64,000 nt of DNA from Isurus oxyrinchus. Lineage: Eukaryota. How positions within the stretch are numbered: position 1 is the stretch's first letter; each line of letters begins with the position of its first letter. Position numbers and translations under genes: made by a program. Of the stretch, positions 56,812-64,000 are shown one piece after another. The notes under the pieces were generated by a model. The model was not told the origin of the DNA, did not search any database, and worked only from the letters and a program-made list of their open reading frames with translations. The DNA lies in contig JANJGN010000016.1 of NCBI GenBank assembly GCA_026770705.1, positions 88,040,001 to 88,104,000 of the forward strand, in the 5' to 3' direction.

Positions 56812-59800
56812 CTGTAGAGTGTCAAGTAAGTGTGCGAGGGTGTAGAGTGTCAAGTAAGTGGGTGAGTGGATAGAGTGTCAGGTAAATGGGTGAGGGGGTA
56901 AAGTGTCAAGTAGGTGGGTGAGAGGGTAGAGTGTCAGGTAAGTTTGTGAGGGGGTAGAGTGTCAAGTAAGTGGGTGAGGGGGTAGAGTGTCAGGTAAGTG
57001 GGTGAGTGGGTAAAGTGTCAGGTAAGTGGGTGAGGGGGTAGAGTGGCAGGTAAGTGGGTGAAGGGACAGAGTGTCAGGTAAGTGGGTGAGTGGGTAAAGT
57101 GTCAGGTAAGTGGGTGAGGGGGTAGAGTGGCAGGTAAGTGGGTGAAGGGACAGAGTGTCAGGTAATTGGGCGAGGGGGTAGAGTCCCAGGTAAGTGGGCG
57201 AGGGGTTAGAGTGTCAGGTGGGTGGGGGAGGGGGTAGAATGTAAGGTGGGTGGGTGCGGGGGTAGTGTATCTAGCAAGTGGGTGAGGGCGTAGCAGGACA
57301 GGCAACTGGGTGGGGGGGTAGTATGTCAGGCAAGTGGGTGAGGGGGTAGATTGTCAGGAACGAAGGTGAGGGTGTACTGTGTCAGGTAAGCTGCTGAGGG
57401 GGTAGGGTGTCAGGCAAGTGGGTGAGGTGGAAGAGTAACAGACAAGTTGGTGAGTAAGTAGGGTGGCAGGCAAGTGAAAGATGAGGTAGAGTGTCAGGCA
57501 ATTGGTGAGGGGGTGGAGTGTCAGGAAAGTGGGTGAGGGGGTAGATTATCAGGTAAGTGGGTGAGGGGGTATATGTCAAGTACATTTATGAGGAAGTAGT
57601 GTGTCAGGAAAGTGGGCGAGGGGGTAGATTATCAGGTAAGTGGGTGAGGGGGTAGAATGTCAGGCAAGTGGATGAGGCAGTAGGGTGGCAGGAATGTGGA
57701 TCAGGTGGTGGGGTGGCAGGCAAGTGGGAGAGGGGGCAGAGTGTCAGGACATTGGGTTAGGTTGTATGGTGGCTGGCAAATGGTTGAGAGGGTCGTGTGT
57801 CAGGTAAGTGTGTGAGGGGGTATGTTGACAGGTAAGTTTGTGATGGGGTAGTGTAGCAGGCAAGTGGGTGAATGGATAGATTGTCAGGCAGATAGGTGAG
57901 GGGGTAGATTTTCAGGTAAGTGGGTGATAGGGTCGGGTGACAGGAAAGTGTGTGACGGGGTAGTGTGTCTCGATAAGTATGCGAGGGTGTAGGGCGGCAT
58001 GAATGTGGGTGAGGGGGTAGAGTGTCAAGTAAGTGGTGAGGGATTAGAGTGTCAGGCAAGTGAGCAAGGGGGTAGAGAGTCAGACAAGTGGGAGGGAGGG
58101 ATGAGTGTCAGGTAAGTGGGCAAGGGGGTAGAGTTTCAGGCAAGTGGGTAAGTGGGTAATGTTCAGGGAAGTGTGTGAAGGAGTAGCGTGTCAGGTTAGG
58201 GAGTGACGGGCTAGTGTGTCAGGTAAGTGGGTGAGGCGATAGGATGGCAGGCAAGTGGGTGAGGGGTTAAAGTTTCAGGAAAGTGGGTGAGGGTGTAGGG
58301 TGGGTGACAAGTGGTTGAGTGGGTAGGGTGTCAGGCAAGAGGGGGAGGGGGTAGAGTGTCAGGCAAGTGGTGAAGGGGTTAGAGTTTCAGGTAAGTGGGT
58401 GAGGGGGGTAGTGAGTTAGGTAAGTGGATGAATGGGGAGGGTGTCAGGTAATTGGGTGAGCGGGTAGTGTGTCAGGAAGTTGAGTGAGTGGGTAAGGTGA
58501 CAGGTGAGTTAGCCAGGGGGTGGGGTGGCAGGCAAGTGGCTGAGTAGGTAGAGTGTAAAGCAAGTGGGCGAGGGGTTAGATTGTCAGGTAAGTGGGTGAG
58601 GAGGTAAAGTGTAAGTTTAATAAGTGAGTTGTTAGTGTGTCAGGTAAGTGGTTGAAGTGGTAGAGTGTCAGGTAAGAGGATGAGGGGGTAGAGTGTCAGG
58701 TAAGTGGTTGAAGTGGTAGAGTGTCAGGTAAGAGGATGAGGGGGTAGAGTATCAGGTATGTGGGTGATGGGTAGGGTGACAGGCCATTGGGTGATGGGGT
58801 AGATTGTCAGGCAAGTGGATGAGGTAGTAGGGTGGCAGGAAAGTGGGTGAGGTGGTAGAGTGTCAGCTAAGAGAATGAGGGTGTAGAGTATCAGGTACAT
58901 GGGTGAGGGGGTAGAGTGACAGGCAAGTGGCGAGGGGGTAAATTGTCAGATAAGTGGGTGAGGGTGTAGAGTGTCAGCTAAGAGAATGAGGGTGTAGAGT
59001 ATCAGGTACATGGCTGAGGGGGTAGAGTGTCAGGCAAGTGGGCGATGGGGTAAATTGTCAGATAAGTGGGTGAGGGGGTAGATTGTCAGGTAGGTGGGTG
59101 ATAGGTAGGGTGGCAGGCCGTTGGGGGAGGGGGTAGAATGTCAGGCAAGTGGATGAGGCAGTAGGGGACAGGAAAGTGGATGAGGGGGTTGGGTGGCAGG
59201 CAAGTGGATTGGGGGCATAGGGTGGCAGGCAAGTGGCAGATGGGTAGAGTGTCAGGAAATTGTGTTAGGTTGTACGGTGGCTGGCAAGTTGTTGAGGGGG
59301 TAGGGTGGCATTCAAATGGGTGAGGGGGTTGAGTGTCCGGTAATTGGTTGAGAGGTTAAGAGTCAGACAATTGGGTGATTGGGTAGAGTGCCAGGTGGGT
59401 GGTTGAGGGGGTAGAGTGTCAGGTAGCTGGATGAGGGGGTAGGGCGACAGGAAAATTGGTGAGGGGGTAGAATGTCAGGCAAGTATGTGAGGAGATAGAG
59501 TATCAGGTAAGTGGGTGAGGCAAAAGGGTGGCAGGCAAGTGGGCAAGGGGTAGGGTGTCAGGTACTTGGGTGAGGGGCATGGTATCAGGTAAGTGGGTGA
59601 GGGGGTAGGGTGCCAGGTACTTGGGTAAGGGGCATGCTGTCAGGTAAGTGGGTGAGGGGGTAGGGTGCCAGGTACTTGGGTGAGGGGCATGGTGTCAGGT
59701 AAGTGCGTGAGAGGGTTCAGTGGAAGGCAAGTGGAATAGGGGATAGAGTGTCAGGTAAGTGGTTGAGGGGGTAGGGTGGCAGGCAAGTGGGTCAGGGGGA

Positions 59801-62800
59801 ATTATGGCAGGCAAGTGTGGGAGGGGGTAGTGTGTCAGGTAGGTGGGTGAGAGGGGAGGGTGACAGGCAATTTGGTGAGTGGGTAGTGTGTCAGGTAATT
59901 GGGTGAGTGTGGAGAGTGTCAGGTAAATGGGTGAGGGTTAGGTTGGCAAGCAGGTTGTTTAGGGGGTGGGGTGGCAGGCAAGTGGGTGAGGGGGTAGAGT
60001 AGAGTGTCAGATAGGAGGGTGAGGCCGTAGCATGACAGACAAGTCTGTGAGGGTGTAGCATGACAGGCAAGTGAGTGAGAGGGTAGGATGGCAGGCAAGT
60101 GGGTGAGGGGGTAGTGTGACAGGTAAGTGGGTGAGGTGATAGGGTGGCAGTCAAGTGGGTGAGGGGTTAGAATGCCTGGCAAATGGTTGAGGGGTTAGTG
60201 TAGCAGGCAAGTGAGTGAGGGGGTAGGGTGGCAGTCAAGTGGGTAAGGGGGTAGGTTGGCAGGCAAGTAGATGAGGGGGTAGAGTGTCAGGAAATTATGT
60301 GAGGGTATAGAGTGGGTGGCAAGTGGTTGAGAGGGTAGGGAGTCAGGCAATTGGTTTACTGGGTAGTGTGTCAGGTAATGGGTGAGAGGCAGAGTAACAG
60401 GTAAGTCTGTGAGGGGATAGATTGTCAGGTAAGTGGATGAGGGGTTAGGGTGGCACACAAGTGGGTGAGGGGGTTGAGAGTCAGGTAAGTGGTTGAGCGG
60501 TTAAGAGTCAGGCAATTGGGCGAGTGGGTAGAGTGCCAGGTGGGTGGTTGAGTGGGTAGAGTGTCAGGTAGGTGGATGCGGGGGTAGGGCGACAGGAAAA
60601 TGGGTGAGGGGCTAGAGTGTCAGGTAAGTATGTGAGGTTATAGAGTATCAGGTAAGTGGGTGAGGGGTAGGGTGTCATGTAGTTGGGTGAGGGGCATGGT
60701 GACAGGTAAGTGGGTGAGAGGGTTCAGTGTAAGGCAAATGGGATAGAGAATAGAATGTCAGGTAAGTGGGTGAGGGGTTAGGGTGGCAGGCAAGTGGGTG
60801 AGGGGCTTGAGTTTCAGGTAAGTGGGTGAGGAGTTAGGGTGGCAGGCAAGAGAGTCCGGGGTGGCTGGCAAGTGGGAGAGGGGGTAATGTGTCAGGTAAG
60901 TGGGTGAGTTGGTATAGCGTCAGGTAAGTGCATGAGGGGTTAGTGGGTTAGGTAAGTGGATGAGAGGGGAGGGTGACAGACAGCTTGGTGAGGGGATAGA
61001 ATGTCAGGTAATTGGGTGAGGGGGTAGAGTGTCAGGTAAATGGGTCAGGGTTAAGTTGGCAGGCAGGTTGGTGAGGGGGTGGGTTGGCACGCAAGTGGGT
61101 GAGGGGTAGAGTGTCAGATAGGTAGGTGAGGGTGTAGTGTGGCAGGCATGTGGGCAAGGGGATAGAGTGGTGTTAAGTGGATGAGGGAGTAGAGTGGCAT
61201 GTAAGTGGATGGGGGTTTGGGTGTCAGGTAATTGGGTGAGGGGGTGGAGTGTCAGGTAAATGGGTCAGGGTTAGGTTGGCAGGCAGGTTGGTCAGGGGGT
61301 GGGGTGGCAGGAAAATGGGTGAGCGGGTAGCATAGCAGGCAAGTGGGTGAGGAGATAGGGTGGCAGGCAAGTGGGTGAGGGATAAGGCGTCAGGCAAATG
61401 AGAGGTGGTAGGGTGTCAGAAAGGTAGGTGAGGGTCTTGCAGGTCAGGTAAGTGGGTGAGGAGATTGGGTGGCAGGCAAGTGGGTCAGGGGGAATTATGG
61501 CAGGCAAATAGGGGAGGGGCTAGTGTGTCAGGTAGGTGGGTGAGAGGGGAGGGTGACAGGCAAGTTGGTGAGTGGTTAGTGTGTCAGGTAATGGGGTGAG
61601 TGGGTGGAGTGTCAGGTAAATGGGTCAGGGTTAGGTTGTCAGGCAGGTTGGTGAGGGGTGGGGTGACAGGCAAGTGGGTGAGTGTGTAGAGTAGAGTGTC
61701 AGATAGGTGGGTGAGGCCGTAGCATGACAGGCAAGGGGGTGAGGGGGTAGGGTAACAGGAAAATGAGTGAGTGGGTAGAGTTTCAGGAAACTGGGTGATG
61801 GTGTAGCGTGACAGGCAAGTGTGTGAGTGTGTAGAGTAGAGTGTCAGATAGGTGGGTGATGGCATAGTGTGACAGGCAAGTGGGTGAGGTGGTAGTGCGT
61901 CAGGTAAGTGGGTGAGGCGATCGGGTGGCAGACAAGTGGGTTAGGGGTTAGAATGGCAGGCAAATGGGTGATGAGGTAGTGTAGCAGGCAAGTGAGTGAG
62001 AGGGTAGGGTTGCAGTCAAGTGGATGAGGGGGTAGAGTGTCAGGAAATTGGGTGAGGGTGTAGGGTAGGTGGCAATTGGTGAAAGGGTAGTGTGTCAGGA
62101 AAGTTGATGGGTTACTGTGTCAGGTAAATGTGTGACGGGTAGGGTGGCAGGCATATGGGTGAGGGGGTTGAGTGTCAGGTAAGTGGGTGAGGGGATGGGG
62201 TGGCATGCTACTGGATGAGGGGGTTGATTGTCAGGTAAGTGGGTGATGGGGTAGAGTGTCAGGTAAGTGTGTGAGTGTGTGGAGTATCAGGCAAGTGGGT
62301 GAGCGGTTAGTGTGTCAGGCTATTGGGCGAGGGGGCAGAGTGTCAGTAAGTGGGTGAGGGGGCAGAGTGTCAGTAAGTGGGTGAGGGGATAGGGTGGCAG
62401 GCGAGGCGGTGGTGTGGTAGGGTGTCACATAAATGGGTATGGATTAGGGTGGCAGGCGAAAGGGTCGGGTGTCAGGCAAGTGGGCAAAGGGGTAGATTGT
62501 CAGGAACTAATATGATGGGTACTGGGTCATGTAAGTGGGTGAGGGTGGCAGGCGAGGGTGTTGAGTGTCAGGCAAGTGGGTGAGGTGGTAGGTTGGCTGG
62601 CAAGTGTGTGAGCGGGTAGGGTGCCAGTTAAGTGTGTGAGAGGGTAGGGTGCCATTTAAGTGTGTGAGCGGGTAGGGTGCCATTTAAGTGTGTGAGAGGG
62701 TAGGGTGGCTGGTAAGTTGGCCCGGGGGTAGGGTGGCAGGCAGGTGGGTGAGTGGGTAGAGTGGCAGGAAAGAGGATGAGGGGTCAGAGTGGCAGTGAAG

Positions 62801-64000
62801 TGGGTGAGGGGGTAGTGTGACAGGCAAGTCGGCGAGGGGATACAATGGTGGGTAAGTGGGTGAGGGGGTAGGGTGCCATGTAAATGTGTGAGAGGGTAGG
62901 GTGGTTGGTAAGTTGGCCAGGGGGTAGGGTGGCAGGCAAGTCGCTGAGTGGGTAGAGTGGCAGGTAAGTGGATGAGGGGTCAGAGTGGCATCAAGTGGGT
63001 GAGGGGATAGATTGTCAGATAGGTGGGTTAGTGGGTAGAGTGTCAAGCAGTTAGGTGAGTGGGTAGGGTGTCAGGTAAGTGGTAAAGAGAGTAGAGTATC
63101 TGGTAAGTGGGTGAGAGTTTTAGAGTGTCAGGTAAGTGGTGGAGAGAGTAGAGTATCTGGTAAGTGGGTGAGGGGATGGGGCATCAAGTGGGTGAGGGGG
63201 TAGATTGTCAGATAGGTGGGTTAGTGGGTAGAGGTCATGCATTTAGGTGAGGGGGTAGAGTGTCAGGTAAATGAGGGAGGTAGTAGGGTGGCAGGCACAT
63301 GGGTGAGGGGTTAGATTGTCAGGGAAGTGGGTGAGGGGGTAGGGTGGCAGGTGAGTGGGCGAGAGGGTAGAGTGTCAGGTAAGTGGTAAAGAGAGTAGAG
63401 TATCTGGTATGTGGGTGAGGGAATGGGGCATCAAGTGGGTTAGGGGGTAGAGTGTCAGGTAAGTGGTAGAGAGAGTAGAGTATCTGGTAAGTGGGTGAGG
63501 GAATGGGGCATCAAGTGGGTGAGGGGGTAGAGTGTCAGGTTTGTCCGCGAGGGAGTAGAGTGTCAGGTAAGTGGTGGAGAGAGTAGAGTATCTGGTATGT
63601 GGGTGAAGGGTTCAGAGTGCCAGTTAAGTGGGTGAGGGGAGAGTGTGTCAGGTTAGTGGGCGAGGGGGTAGAGTGTGTGGTAAATGAGTGAGGGAGTAGT
63701 GTGTAAAGGAAGTAGATGAGGGGGTAGAATGTCAGGTAGGTGGATGAGGGCGTGGAGCAGCAGGCAAGGGGGTGAGGGGGTAGAGTGTCAGGTAGGTGGA
63801 CAAGGTGATAGAATGGTGGGTAAGTGGGTGAGGGGGTAGAGTGCCAGGTAAGTGGTGAGGGGTTAGGGTAGCAGGTAAGTTGGCCAGAGGGTAGGATGGC
63901 AGGCATGTGGGTTCATGGGTAGAGTGGCAGGTAATTGGGTGAGGGGTTAGAGTATCAGTTTAGTGGGTGATGGGTTAGAGTGTCAGTTTAGTGGGTGAGG
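56812..64000 (+). repeat. G-rich 28-bp satellite GGGTGAGGGGGTAGAGTGTCAGGTAAGT, diverged, runs off the window end
   Basis: CAGG(T/C)AAGTGGGTGAGGGGGTAG recurs about every 28 nt; kb-scale internal duplications, e.g. ~59346 vs ~60491 and ~59890 vs ~61585. Confidence 0.97.

Noticed and set aside
56812-64000. Telomeric or interstitial telomere repeat
   Set aside because: TTAGGG appears only as isolated monomer variants, never in tandem.

Overview
Eukaryotic DNA, almost certainly from a cartilaginous fish (shark-type Ig cluster and shark-type repeats). The only intact gene is one unrearranged kappa-type immunoglobulin light-chain cluster on the + strand: promoter ~7730-7826, leader exon 7887-7935, V 8122-8416 with a perfect 12-RSS, 23-RSS plus single J 9027-9061, C exon 11842-12170 and polyA signals at 13014 and 13109. 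It sits among CR1/L2 LINE fragments, SINEs and minisatellites. About 1.1 kb past the distal polyA signal a ~36 kb strand-asymmetric G-rich satellite begins (14240-50175, core GGGTGATGCCGGGG, ~24-bp monomer, kb-scale higher-order duplications). A TE-rich spacer follows (CR1, Harbinger Myb-like relic, Penelope GIY-YIG element with a hammerhead-ribozyme motif), then a second G-rich 28-bp satellite built around CAGGTAAGT (56812 to window end). The long Pro/Thr/His or Gly/Val ORFs in the satellites are compositional artefacts. Most notable: the switch-region-like array beside the cluster, inverted CR1 arms with a 90/91-bp identical patch bracketing the whole transcription unit, a flush V-J join that makes an in-frame TAG, a lambda-like FR1 in a kappa V, and an EICE/UPRE/variant-octamer promoter. 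TE family names and boundaries were assigned by eye and are approximate.
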